Origin: a bacterium
Lineage (GTDB): Bacteria > Actinomycetota > Acidimicrobiia > Spongiisociales > Spongiisociaceae
NCBI GenBank assembly: GCA_028821235.1
Contig: JAPPGV010000081.1
Location: 109,431-173,430 of the forward strand
Length of the DNA stretch: 64,000 bases
Direction of reading: 5' to 3'
The stretch's first letter is position 1. Every line of letters starts with the position of its first letter. This document shows, one piece after another, positions 28,201-38,744 of this stretch. Under the pieces are notes generated by a model. That model was not told where the DNA came from. It ran no database searches and saw only the letters and a list, made by a program, of their open reading frames with translations. A program made the translations under genes and the position numbers.

Positions 28201-28647
28201 GCGGGTGAACAGTCCGGCGATCTTGCGGGCCGCCCGGAGGCGCTGGCTGTTGCCGAGCGCATCGACTGCATTCGGGGCGTCGATGAAGCGGGCCAGTAGC
28301 CACATCCACGGCTCATCGAGATGATCGTCCACCACCGAGACCACGGTGCGGGTGAGAGCGGGTCCCTCCCAGGCATCCAGCGCCGAGGCCAGCTCGGGAA
28401 CCGCTCTCAGCACGTCCCGGACGAGGCGACGCGGGGAGGGGAACCCAATGTTGGCGCACACGCCGCCGCCGGACGTCCGATCGGCCAATTCAGAGGCGAT
28501 CCGCTGGGTGAGCCAGCGCTCGATACCGCGGGTCGGCACGGCCACCACTTCCTGCGCGAAGGGATCCGCCGGGGGTGACGCCAGCATCTCGCACAACCCG
28601 CCCACCAGCTCGTCGGGATGCGACCCGACGTGGATCAGCAACGCCAC
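25279..28647 (-). CDS. recC: Exodeoxyribonuclease V gamma subunit RecC
   Basis: 1122 aa with a RecC-like N-terminus (MALLIHVGSHPDELVGGLCEML...VVAVPTRGIERWLTQRIA). First gene of the recCBD operon. Confidence 0.88.
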   Translation of the reverse strand: MALLIHVGSHPDELVGGLCEMLASPPADPFAQEVVAVPTRGIERWLTQRIASELADRTSGGGVCANIGFPSPRRLVRDVLRAVPELASALDAWEGPALTRTVVSVVDDHLDEPWMWLLARFIDAPNAVDALGNSQRLRAARKIAGLFTRYARRRPEMVRAWMEGEDAGPDGGALPEADVWQARLWRLVRARIGTPGLAELIPSALEPIRSGVLDVALPERIFVYGLTSVDPMDVEVFEALAATRDVHLHLLHPSPVLWQDTAVLAERDVVGAETGRASDPTAHLPRHPLLRSWAQESRELQLVLASRDHASGPSGGAAAAAAATLLRRLQQDIRSNALPANCAAAVGGADGDRSVQVHVCYGARRQVEVLRDAILHALAADATLEPRDVVIMTPDLGTFAPLLEAVFLGHAGGGEPDTGADALPDLRLRIADRAPAATNPLVRFAAIVLDLACDRLEAGTVRELVAMPVVRRLFGFDEETADAIAAVIEDTNVRWGLDADHRARWDAGRVGDHTWRRGLDRALSGVFYADSSVRVVGAIAPLDGAEGQEALPIGLLAQIMDRIVTVRELLGEPRPYSEWGPAIAAAVRLLAAPAWDDQWQWGQLERLLEESFPGVEAGGNDPLLDPAEARLVVDYWSEDVPSPLHFRTGDITVCTLVPMRSVPYRVVCLLGMDDRRFPRSSRADGDDLLVDNEIIGDSDRGAEDRQLLLDAVMAAGDHLIVTYSGRDPLTNAEYPPAVPIAELADVLSGMAGEAGLESLRTHHPLQAFSETNFVSGSLGVSGPWGFDPMQFQGSLAVQHRTGGEAPHLLLPAPEDDVFSEIRLADLARFLEHPAREFIRSRLGFLIPRQGEIPDDTVPTELGPLEEWQVTDRFLAGLLSGHPIELLEAHQRAGDTVPPGDLGRAGLDRARQRAFELWEAATEVGYDPERHEQFAGAVRVGGRTVEGVITADPGASRADMVTPSRLKGKQRLRAFLQMVFLSALDPHRSWQGLLLGRHLRGDKLRSVKIGPIRGDAARRRHRAERLLSGLVDLYVEGLTAPMPLPCETAFNWQMKVGGDLGSARKQAEKAWETDRFSPEAKDPANEFLFPHLGTMSALEGSSFPDLARRLWGPILPLLVEKSL

Positions 28648-28803
28648 GGTGAGTTGCCAGATCGGTTCAGAGCGTGCGTCCGGTGCAGGTCCTCCACAGA
28701 GGCGAACTTATCACCCGCCACCGACACAATCGCGTTCATCGACAATCTGAGCGAGAAGATCGTGATCCGGATCCCGGCGGGCCTATTCCTGGCCGCAGTC
28801 CGG

Positions 28804-30306
28804 CTAGCTGCCGTGGGGCGCCACCTGTACCTTGGCGGGCATCCGGTCCAGCGAGCGCTCGACTACGGCATCTGCCAGGCCGGCAAATATGCGCTTGTGG
28901 ATGGGCCACAACGCGTACCAGTAGAGGAGGCCCAGAGCACCTGCCGGGTGGAAGTACGCGGCGGTGACCATGCGTGACCCGTCCGCTTCGGGCAGCACCT
29001 CGAACTCGAGGATTGCGGTGCCGGGGAGGCGCATCTCCGCCAGGAGCGTCAGGCGGCGACCCGGCTCGATAGCCACCACCCGCCAGAAGTCGACCGCATC
29101 GCCCACTCGCAACCGGGTCGGATGGCGACGACCCCGGCGCCTACCGACTCCCCCCACCAAGCGATCCAGGATGCCCCGCAGGTTCCACAACGGGTTGGCG
29201 TAATACCAGCCGTTGGTCCCGCCGATGGACGATACGACCTCCCAGACGGTCTCCGGATCGGCTTCGCACACGCGCTCGACCCGCTCGCTGCGGCTGTAGA
29301 AGGAGACGTCCGAGCGATAGTCGCGCATAGCGAAGGAGCCTTCCGTCCAGCGCGCCGGCATCTCGGCATCCTGCTCGGCCTCGAGGGCCGCCCGCACCGC
29401 CTCTTCATAGGTGTGGAGAGGGAGAGGAATCGAGGTGGCCAGGTCGGCATTCGGATCGACGACCAGGTCGTGCCTGAGGCCGTCTATGAGCGGTCTGGCA
29501 ACGCTCGTAGGCACGGCGGTGACCAGGTTCAGCCAGTAGGAGGAGAGGCGAGGGGTGAGGACGGGTACCGGCACGATCAGGAGCCGCTTGCCGATCACCC
29601 TGGCGAAGCCGGTGAGCAGATCCCGGTAGCGCAAGGCCTCGGCGCCTCCGACGTCGTGGATCGGGCTTCCGGACCCTCCCGTCTCCGGAAGCCGGAGCAG
29701 GTACTCGATCAGGTCAGCCAGGGCGATCGGCTGGGTCATGGAGTCGACCCACCTGGGCGTCACCATCACGGGCAGGTGGTACACGAGGTCACGGATGACC
29801 TCGAAGGCTGCCGAGCCCGGCCCCACCACTATCCCGGCTCGGATCTCTATAACCGGCACCGAGCCCGATCGGAGCAAATCGCCGGTCTCCCGCCGGGAGT
29901 CGAGGTGTGCCGAGGCCGCCTCCCGCGGCTGCAACCCGCCCAGGTAGATGATGCGGCCCACCCGGGCGGTCGCGGCAGCATCCCGAACATGGGTCGCCGC
30001 CCGGCGGTCCAGTTCCGGAAAGTCCTTCCCCGATGCCATCGAGTGGATCAGGTAGTAGACAAGCTCGATCCCCTCGAATGCCTGCTCCAGCGACTTAGGA
30101 TCGAGAGCGTCCGCGCGAACCGTCTCCACGCCCTCCCACCCGCGGTCCGCCAGAGCCTCCGGCCGGCGCCCGGCAGCCCGAACCTCATGCCCCCGCTCCA
30201 CCAGCCGCGGGATCAGATGGCTCCCCACATACCCCGAGGCGCCTAAGACCAGCACCCGTGCCACCGGATCCTCCTTACAGCGGTCAGACCAAGCACCGCC
30301 CTCCAT
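28804..30306 (-). CDS. NAD(P)H-binding SDR/NmrA-like domain fused to a DUF2867 (SRPBCC-like) domain
   Basis: VLVLGASGYVGSHL Rossmann motif. The C-terminal WYYANPLWNLRGILDRLVGGVG...FWRVV is typical of DUF2867. Confidence 0.75.
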   Translation of the reverse strand: MEGGAWSDRCKEDPVARVLVLGASGYVGSHLIPRLVERGHEVRAAGRRPEALADRGWEGVETVRADALDPKSLEQAFEGIELVYYLIHSMASGKDFPELDRRAATHVRDAAATARVGRIIYLGGLQPREAASAHLDSRRETGDLLRSGSVPVIEIRAGIVVGPGSAAFEVIRDLVYHLPVMVTPRWVDSMTQPIALADLIEYLLRLPETGGSGSPIHDVGGAEALRYRDLLTGFARVIGKRLLIVPVPVLTPRLSSYWLNLVTAVPTSVARPLIDGLRHDLVVDPNADLATSIPLPLHTYEEAVRAALEAEQDAEMPARWTEGSFAMRDYRSDVSFYSRSERVERVCEADPETVWEVVSSIGGTNGWYYANPLWNLRGILDRLVGGVGRRRGRRHPTRLRVGDAVDFWRVVAIEPGRRLTLLAEMRLPGTAILEFEVLPEADGSRMVTAAYFHPAGALGLLYWYALWPIHKRIFAGLADAVVERSLDRMPAKVQVAPHGS

Positions 30307-30326
30307 AGGGCCCTAAAGCAAAGTCT

Positions 30327-31172
30327 ATGGCCGCGCGGCTTCTAGCCAGACACCGACCTGGACGGCCGATGGACCTCGCGCGCAGACAGGGGACCGGACG
30401 TTACGATTCGAGTAGTGCAAGGACTCGCCGCCCCCGGAGCCCGTTAGTGGCGCTCTCGATCGTCACGTGGAACGTCCAGTGGGCCACGCCCCGCTCGCGT
30501 GCCCCGCACCTTCTGGACCGCATCGATCGCCATGCTCCTGAGGTGATCTGTCTGACCGAGACCCACCACGACCTGCTGTCTCAACGCGGTCACAGCATCT
30601 GCTCCCAGCCCGACTACGGCTATCGGATCACGGATCGCCGGAAGGTGCTGCTTTGGTCAAGGGAGCCCTGGGTGAAAGTCGATTACGCGGGGAACGACGG
30701 ATTACCACCCGGACGGTTCGTGTCCGGTTCCACGCGCACGTCGCTTGGCGACGTCACGGTCGTAGGGGTCTGCATTCCCTGGTTCGGGTCACGGACCGAG
30801 GCGCGGCGTGGTGACAGACGAAAGAAACCCTGGGAGGACCATGGTCGCTTCCTGGACGGACTCCCCCAGGTGCTCGAACGGATCTCGGACAAGCGGGTCA
30901 TCGTGATGGGTGACTTCAACCAGAAAATCGGGCCAGGCAGCCGCGCGCCGGCCAAACTCCGGAGCGCCCTGCGGGAAGCCTTTCCGCCGGGCATGCGGAT
31001 CGTGACCTCGGATATCGCCTTCGATGGACGCTCCTCCATCGACCACATCGCCCTGAGCGCCGATATAGCCGTCGACTCCATGTCGTCGCTCAGCAACCTC
31101 CGCGAAGGGAGAAAGCTGTCGGACCACTTCGGCGTGGCCGCGCACGTATCCGCCCGCGGCCAGGCAACATAG
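30327..31172 (+). CDS. Endonuclease/exonuclease/phosphatase (EEP) family protein
   Basis: EEP motifs in order: TWNVQW, ICLTETH, VMGDFNQ, SIDHIA, LSDHFGV. The true start is possibly the GTG at 30447 (VALSIVTWNV). G+C is visibly lower than in flanking genes. Confidence 0.8.
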   Translation: MAARLLARHRPGRPMDLARRQGTGRYDSSSARTRRPRSPLVALSIVTWNVQWATPRSRAPHLLDRIDRHAPEVICLTETHHDLLSQRGHSICSQPDYGYRITDRRKVLLWSREPWVKVDYAGNDGLPPGRFVSGSTRTSLGDVTVVGVCIPWFGSRTEARRGDRRKKPWEDHGRFLDGLPQVLERISDKRVIVMGDFNQKIGPGSRAPAKLRSALREAFPPGMRIVTSDIAFDGRSSIDHIALSADIAVDSMSSLSNLREGRKLSDHFGVAAHVSARGQAT

Positions 31173-31247
31173 GGCGGGGCTGCGCGATCTGGCGAGATTC
31201 GGGTGTTCTGGCACTGGTGTCGGGATCTGAATCGGGCGATCAGGCCG

Positions 31248-31997
31248 CTATGGGGAACGCGTCGGGCCCTTCGCCCGGCTTACCCGCGACCAAAGAGGAT
31301 CGTGTATGGGAAAAACGTTGTTCACCTGCAACCAATGCTCACTTGGTTCGGAAGGGTCAGGCGACCACGCCCTCGTGAGGCCAACGGCTAGATAGCAACC
31401 TTCGAGCTGTGGCTCAATCGCACGGACAGCAGCGACCTCCGGTGTGGTGTGATCGTTTTTCCACAACCGGAGGTCCGTCACCTTCAGCGATACATAGCCG
31501 ATGTCCGAGTCGGCGAAAGAGCACCTGATCACAGGCCGGTGCATTTCGATGCGCGACTTGATCCAAGCCTTCCGTATCGGCCCGAGCACACCCAGAGAGG
31601 CACCACCCCTGCCTTCCGGCACCGCGGCAGCTGTTCTGCTGGTCCTTCTCAGGTCCGGGCCGAAGATCTTGCTGAGAGAGGACTTCGCGGCACCCTTGAG
31701 CAGCTTGCGAAATGCATCTCTGTCCAGGACCCGAACCGACCTTGCCTTGTACGGCTCGAACTCTACGTCCTCAAGCGCGGGGCGAGCGGGGCGGGGGGTC
31801 GTAGAACCGAGTTCGACCACCTCCCCTAACGAGAACGGTCCCCCTTCTTCCCCCAGGAGACGCCTGTGAAGTTGCTCGGATGGAATGACAGGTCGTATAT
31901 GTGAACCGCTCCCAGTGAGTCCTGCAACACAGATATACGGGAACTTCATTCGCGTGAGGTGGTTAACCGCTATTTTCATGATGGACCTACAGATCAA
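31248..31997 (-). CDS. Uncharacterised protein, possibly dual-OB-fold-like
   Basis: 249 aa (or start at 31979, MKIAVNH...). The N-terminal pattern KIAVNHLTRM..YICVAGL....HIRPV and the later LGVLGP...IRCSF.D.D.GYVSLKVTDLRLW...CYLAVGLTRAW...HWLQVNNV resemble a family I remember as dual OB-containing proteins. This is from memory only. The gene overlaps or abuts the DUF488 gene. Confidence 0.5.
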   Translation of the reverse strand: MICRSIMKIAVNHLTRMKFPYICVAGLTGSGSHIRPVIPSEQLHRRLLGEEGGPFSLGEVVELGSTTPRPARPALEDVEFEPYKARSVRVLDRDAFRKLLKGAAKSSLSKIFGPDLRRTSRTAAAVPEGRGGASLGVLGPIRKAWIKSRIEMHRPVIRCSFADSDIGYVSLKVTDLRLWKNDHTTPEVAAVRAIEPQLEGCYLAVGLTRAWSPDPSEPSEHWLQVNNVFPIHDPLWSRVSRAKGPTRSP

Positions 31998-33096
31998 CTG
32001 CCCTTATGTTCCGCCACTTTCTGTCCAAGTACTCGACTACCAAGCGACGATGGCAGCGTTCAGCAGTAGGCTCGCTGCACAGAAGAGCCACTCGTCTCTC
32101 GGCGAAAAGCGCTCGAGGGATCTCACTCTCGACTGAACGTTCCGACATAAGGTCGAGAAAGTCAGACTCGTATACATCCCAGGCCTTCTCACCGCCCCGG
32201 TAGGCTTTGAGTAGTTCCTTCGTAGGCGCCAACAAGGGTTCATGAACATAGTCGACACCGACCAGCACCCTTAGGAAGTAGCGGAGATCCTCGCGCTTGG
32301 CAAAACCAGCCAACTGTGATGTGTTGTTAACACGGACATCCACGAGCCGCTCAATTCTGTTGTCCTGCAGCTTCGTGAAGAATTCCTCCGCGGACTTTCG
32401 CGTGAAGCCGATCGTATAGATGTCCAAGGATGTCTCAGCGATGCTCGGCTGTGGCGATCGATCCAACCGCGGAACCGGTTTGAACGACCTCCATGGGCTC
32501 ACTACCAACTGGCCAAACAGATCCCGCTGCTCGTAGCGCCCGTCTTCCCAGATCCGGAAGTTCCTGACCTGATCACTGTGCTCCGTGGTTGATCCGATCT
32601 GTCCGTCTTCTTCGAGTCCCTTGCACCGGATGTGGCCCACGCGGAGGCCCTTGAGATCCAGGACGCCGGTGATGAGAAGGTAGCGATGGCAATCAGCCGG
32701 ATCCTCTTCACTGCACATCATGGCCACCCGTGAGAACTCGGCTCTTTGAGTAAGCCGCTCGAGACCGGCACGGAATGAGCCACTTTCAGCCATGCGTCCG
32801 TAGAGAACATGACCATCGGAGTCGTAGAACTCTTCGCCGTCGGGCCTACCACCGAGTTCACTCCCTAGGAAGTCGTACTGAATACCCGCCGCAAGCAGTT
32901 CACGCCTTAGCCTCTCGCGGTTGTATTGCGGATTAAACCTTGAGTAGGGCAAGCTCCTGACATCCGCGACGACCTCGATCCGGTTTTGCCGGAGTAGGCC
33001 CATGAAGACGTCAATGGAATGTGTCGAGTGGCCGATGGACAGTATTCCCGGACCGCCCACCCACGTTGGGTCAGGTTCGTTCATGCAGCACCCCAC
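31987..33096 (-). CDS. Tandem DUF488-domain protein (two DUF488 repeats in one polypeptide)
   Basis: Repeat 1: ILSIGHSTHSID...VADVRSLPYSRFNPQY...MMCSEEDPADCHRYLL. Repeat 2: IYTIGFTRKSAEEF...LVDVRVNNTS...LLCSEPTAERCHRRLV. Both carry the DUF488 hallmark C-E-x5-CHR. The likely start is the ATG at 33084. This is the lowest-GC stretch of the window by eye. Confidence 0.75.
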   Translation of the reverse strand: MGCCMNEPDPTWVGGPGILSIGHSTHSIDVFMGLLRQNRIEVVADVRSLPYSRFNPQYNRERLRRELLAAGIQYDFLGSELGGRPDGEEFYDSDGHVLYGRMAESGSFRAGLERLTQRAEFSRVAMMCSEEDPADCHRYLLITGVLDLKGLRVGHIRCKGLEEDGQIGSTTEHSDQVRNFRIWEDGRYEQRDLFGQLVVSPWRSFKPVPRLDRSPQPSIAETSLDIYTIGFTRKSAEEFFTKLQDNRIERLVDVRVNNTSQLAGFAKREDLRYFLRVLVGVDYVHEPLLAPTKELLKAYRGGEKAWDVYESDFLDLMSERSVESEIPRALFAERRVALLCSEPTAERCHRRLVVEYLDRKWRNIRAVDL

Positions 33097-33178
33097 ACCA
33101 CCCTAGGGCTCTCACACACAGAGTTTCGCTTACCACCACGACACCGACAAAACCACCGGCCGAGCCACTCCCAGAACC

Positions 33179-33568
33179 TCATCCGGACGGCCAGTGCTGT
33201 ACCTCAAGCTCCGTCATCGGAAAATCAGAGACGTTCGCTGTGGCAAGAGTTGCCCCGATCCCGACAGCCGAAGCAGCTATCAAGCAGTCCGCCTGGTGAA
33301 GAGTGATACCGATCTCGGCGAACTCGCGCCGCCATGCGCCGGCACGCTGAGCTTCGGGAGCACGCAGTGGGGCCAAACGGAGGGCTTGGACCAAGCGCTT
33401 CGCGCTCGACTCCTCCTCCGGGTGGAGACCTCGCCAGATCTCCTCGATCGAGATGACCGACACCCACGGCTCCACACCGCGCCGTCGGAGCCCCCTTACA
33501 CGACCAGCGGCAGACCGCCCCCTGAGGGCATCAATCAGCACTGTGGAGTCGATGAGCAGTCGCGACAA
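33179..33568 (-). CDS. vapC: PIN-domain toxin VapC
   Basis: 129 aa; LLIDSTVLIDAL and QADCLIAASAVGIGATLATANVSDF are PIN motifs. Confidence 0.85.
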   Translation of the reverse strand: MSRLLIDSTVLIDALRGRSAAGRVRGLRRRGVEPWVSVISIEEIWRGLHPEEESSAKRLVQALRLAPLRAPEAQRAGAWRREFAEIGITLHQADCLIAASAVGIGATLATANVSDFPMTELEVQHWPSG

Positions 33569-33570
33569 TC

Positions 33571-33810
33571 TCAGCCGGACCGTCGACGATCCCCCCGCCG
33601 TTGGGACCGAACCCAGTTAGCAGGATCTTCGTCCCATTCATGACCAGTATCCGGGATGGTCCCCAAGGAGGCTTCTATCTCGTCCCATCGACGCTCGTCA
33701 TCAAGCCCACGCTGGATCAGAGCGGCGATGAACGCACTACGACGTCTAGGACCAGCCCGCCGGTCGAGATCGGCCACAAGTTCTTCGTCCAAGGTTATGT
33801 GTAATCTCAT
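33571..33810 (-). CDS. vapB: Ribbon-helix-helix antitoxin (VapB/CopG-like)
   Basis: MRLHITLDEELVADLDRRAGPRRRSAFIAALIQRGL RHH motif. It ends 2 nt before vapC. Confidence 0.8.
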   Translation of the reverse strand: MRLHITLDEELVADLDRRAGPRRRSAFIAALIQRGLDDERRWDEIEASLGTIPDTGHEWDEDPANWVRSQRRGDRRRSG

Positions 33811-33834
33811 GTGCTGTACTATACACACAACGGC

Positions 33835-34908
33835 CTAGTCCTGCCGATCTAGTTTGCGGAAGAAGTCGCGATAGACCGCGTCCCTGTCGACGTCGGTGGC
33901 CTCGCTCATCAGCGGCCGGCCGGGCAGGTGGCGCCACTTAAGATCCTCGTCCAGGGTGGGAGTCGGCACGAATGCGGTCGGCACCCAAGTGGGATCGATC
34001 AGCCATGCGAAGTTGATGAAGTCCCAGCACACCCAGGACTGGCCCGGGAAGGGCTCGACGAGCCGTTGCGCCCGGAGGCGGTTGTGCGTGTACAGGTAGT
34101 GGAGGTAGCTGCCGATCTCGCCACGGCCGTCGACCCACCGCTCCGACTCCGGCAACGACATCACGAGTTGCTCTCCGATGTAGTAGCCCGGCAGGTACAG
34201 GAGCGGCACACCCGAGTCGAAGAGCAGGCGGGAGGCGTGCTGGTCCTGCACCAGGTTCATCGAGGGTGAGTTGCTGAACCTCACGAACGTCGGGTAGCCG
34301 GATGTCCAAGACACCACCATCCGGGTGATGATCTCCGGTTCCATCAGCAGCGCCGCGGCGATGTTGGTAACCGCCCCGATCGCCACGACATGGAGCAGCC
34401 GGTCGTCGTCCGCCATGGCGGCCTCGATGATCCGCCGGGCGCCTTCGCTGTCCACGATGTCGTCGGGTGACTCCATGAACCGGTCGGCGCCCCGGAAGGC
34501 CACCCCGTCGGATGACATGCCGAGGCACCCCATGAGGGTGCCGATCTCGGCGAACGACAGCTCCATACCCTCGGCCGTCGTCTCGAATTCGACTTCCTCG
34601 GGCTCGATTCCGGATGCTCTCAGCCGGTGTAACCAGGCAGCGATATCGTCGACCTCCCCGGCGGTCGAGTCGTCGACGTCCGCCCGAGCCGCCTCCAGGA
34701 GAGGCTCCCTGAAGTAAGCCCGCGAGAACGGAGCGGCGACGATGGCTTCGATGTCCAACCGCTCGGGCGACAGAAGCCCCCAGGTGATGGCGAACTGGTC
34801 ATCGACCTCGTTGGCCGCATCGGTATCGATCAAGACCCGAACCCTGCCGGGTTGCGGCGCCAGCATCTCCATGCGCCGCTCGTCGCTGATGTGCGGGAAC
34901 TGTGTCAT
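33835..34908 (-). CDS. Inosine-uridine-preferring nucleoside hydrolase family protein
   Basis: N-terminal VLIDTDAANEVDDQFAI (DxDxxxDD Ca-binding fingerprint); 357 aa. Confidence 0.8.
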   Translation of the reverse strand: MTQFPHISDERRMEMLAPQPGRVRVLIDTDAANEVDDQFAITWGLLSPERLDIEAIVAAPFSRAYFREPLLEAARADVDDSTAGEVDDIAAWLHRLRASGIEPEEVEFETTAEGMELSFAEIGTLMGCLGMSSDGVAFRGADRFMESPDDIVDSEGARRIIEAAMADDDRLLHVVAIGAVTNIAAALLMEPEIITRMVVSWTSGYPTFVRFSNSPSMNLVQDQHASRLLFDSGVPLLYLPGYYIGEQLVMSLPESERWVDGRGEIGSYLHYLYTHNRLRAQRLVEPFPGQSWVCWDFINFAWLIDPTWVPTAFVPTPTLDEDLKWRHLPGRPLMSEATDVDRDAVYRDFFRKLDRQD

Positions 34909-35000
34909 GCGTACTCCCGACCTTATCCGATTACCCCGCCGCCGTGACCCTCAGCGGATACGGTCGATGGCGATGAGCACCCCGGCCTCGGGCACGATGG

Positions 35001-35285
35001 TCATTCCCCGTACAGGCTGATCCGGGCTGCCTCCAACTCCTCTTCGGTGAACGCCCCGTTCTCCTCCTGCCACTCATCGAGCAGTCGGCCGAGGCCCTCC
35101 AGCGCCTCCTGATGCTTCTGAGGATTGTTGTAGAAGTTGTCAGAGTTACTGAGGCTGGCCTGGTGGATCTCCTCCATAGCCGCGGCCGGGTCCGGATCCA
35201 TGTCTGGGTTGGGACCGGCCACAAATATGGCGTAGAGCTTCGGCGCCTCCTCGAGTGCGGGCTCGCTTGCCTGCTTGTTCTCCAT
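35001..35285 (-). CDS. Small acidic hypothetical protein
   Basis: Start taken at MENKQASEP...; 94 aa, rich in Glu and Asp, no recognised motif. Divergent from the Abi_2 gene. Confidence 0.4.
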   Translation of the reverse strand: MENKQASEPALEEAPKLYAIFVAGPNPDMDPDPAAAMEEIHQASLSNSDNFYNNPQKHQEALEGLGRLLDEWQEENGAFTEEELEAARISLYGE

Positions 35286-35407
35286 ACCGGTCAACCTACC
35301 CCATCCTGACACCTCGATGGCGATGGACGGCTCAGAAAGGCGTAACCCCGGCCGTTTGCCGAGGCAGGGACGGTTCCGGGGTCTTCGACGCCTAATGTAC
35401 TCCCGCT

Positions 35408-36091
35408 GTGGGACAGATGTCAAGGGTCAACTACCAGAAGGTCGCCAACCGCCTGACGCGCGACCGGCTCGCCTCTTACCTCAACGCGACCGGGGGCAGC
35501 CTTGGGTATGCCATCGACCTCTACGACTGGAACACCCTGGCGGGCGGTGCCCTGCACGAGGACCTCGGCCGTCTCGAGGTCGTCTTTCGCAATGCGATTG
35601 ACAATGCGCTGATAAGGCACGGGAGGGATCAAGGATGGCAAACGACCTGGTATCGGCGAACAGAACTATTCCCCGGTCAGCTGGCGTCTCGAGCCAGAGT
35701 CGACGTAGACAGGGCTCGCCAACGAGCGACCCAGGGAGGGAGACACCCTGAGGTGCATGGCAAGGTGATCGCCGAACTCGGATTCGGGTTCTGGCGCTAC
35801 CTATGCGAACCGCCGTATCACACTTCGCTATGGGTGCCTGCCCTCACTGCTGCGTTCCCACTACACCCATCGACACCTAACACACGGCGCGTACGGGCTG
35901 AAGTAGCAGATCGTATGCAGCGTCTCCACTTTCTCCGGAACCGGATCGCGCATCACGAGCCGATCCACCGGCGCGACCTGGCTCGCGATCACGCCCAACT
36001 GCTGGAAGTGGTGGGATGGATCTGCTCCGACAGTCGTACCTGGGTCGCCGCGCGAAGCCGAACACCAAGCGTCCTCGCTGCCCGGCCCTGA
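35408..36091 (+). CDS. Abi_2 (AbiD/AbiF-like) abortive-infection family protein with HEPN motif
   Basis: Family-typical N-terminus (RLASYL...GYAIDLYDWNTLAGGALHEDLGRLEVVFRNAIDNAL), ELGFGFWRYL, and a C-terminal HEPN Rx4-6H motif in LHFLRNRIAHHEPI. Confidence 0.75.
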   Translation: MGQMSRVNYQKVANRLTRDRLASYLNATGGSLGYAIDLYDWNTLAGGALHEDLGRLEVVFRNAIDNALIRHGRDQGWQTTWYRRTELFPGQLASRARVDVDRARQRATQGGRHPEVHGKVIAELGFGFWRYLCEPPYHTSLWVPALTAAFPLHPSTPNTRRVRAEVADRMQRLHFLRNRIAHHEPIHRRDLARDHAQLLEVVGWICSDSRTWVAARSRTPSVLAARP

Positions 36092-36131
36092 CCGTCGACA
36101 GCCACTACGGGGACTTGCCTACCCGTGGGGT

Positions 36132-36406
36132 TTAGTCGTCTTCGAGGGTGGCCTCGTCGACCAACAGGGTGACGGCGTTGTTCAGGATCTGGAGGAAGCC
36201 TCCGCCCACTGTGGCCTTGATGCGGTCCTCGCCGGCCTGGATGCTGACCGTCCCGGCGCCGAGGGCGGCCATCACGGGCTCGTGGTTGGCGAGGATGCCG
36301 ATCTCGCCTTCCACCGTCCTGGCCACCACGAACTCGGCCTCGCCGGACCACAGCACGGCCTCGGGGGAGACCACGTCGACCTTCATGGAGGTCGAGGCGA
36401 CTACCA

Positions 36407-36407
<1 letters not shown>
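36132..36407 (-). CDS. atpC: F1 ATP synthase epsilon subunit (short form, beta-sandwich only)
   Basis: 91 aa; VDVVSPEAVLWSGEAEFVVARTVEGEIGILANHEP is a typical epsilon N-domain. No C-terminal helical hairpin is encoded before the stop. Confidence 0.85.
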
Positions 36408-38735
<2,328 letters not shown>

Positions 38736-38744
38736 TCCGGGGCG

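Noticed and set aside
25378-28299. 535-aa and 396-aa plus-strand ORFs antisense to recC
   Set aside because: Same reasoning: low-complexity translations opposite a full-length RecC.
30306-30315. 10-bp perfect palindrome TAGGGCCCTA at the SDR gene start
   Set aside because: It is short, overlaps the start codon region, and is expected by chance in 64 kb. There is no supporting context.
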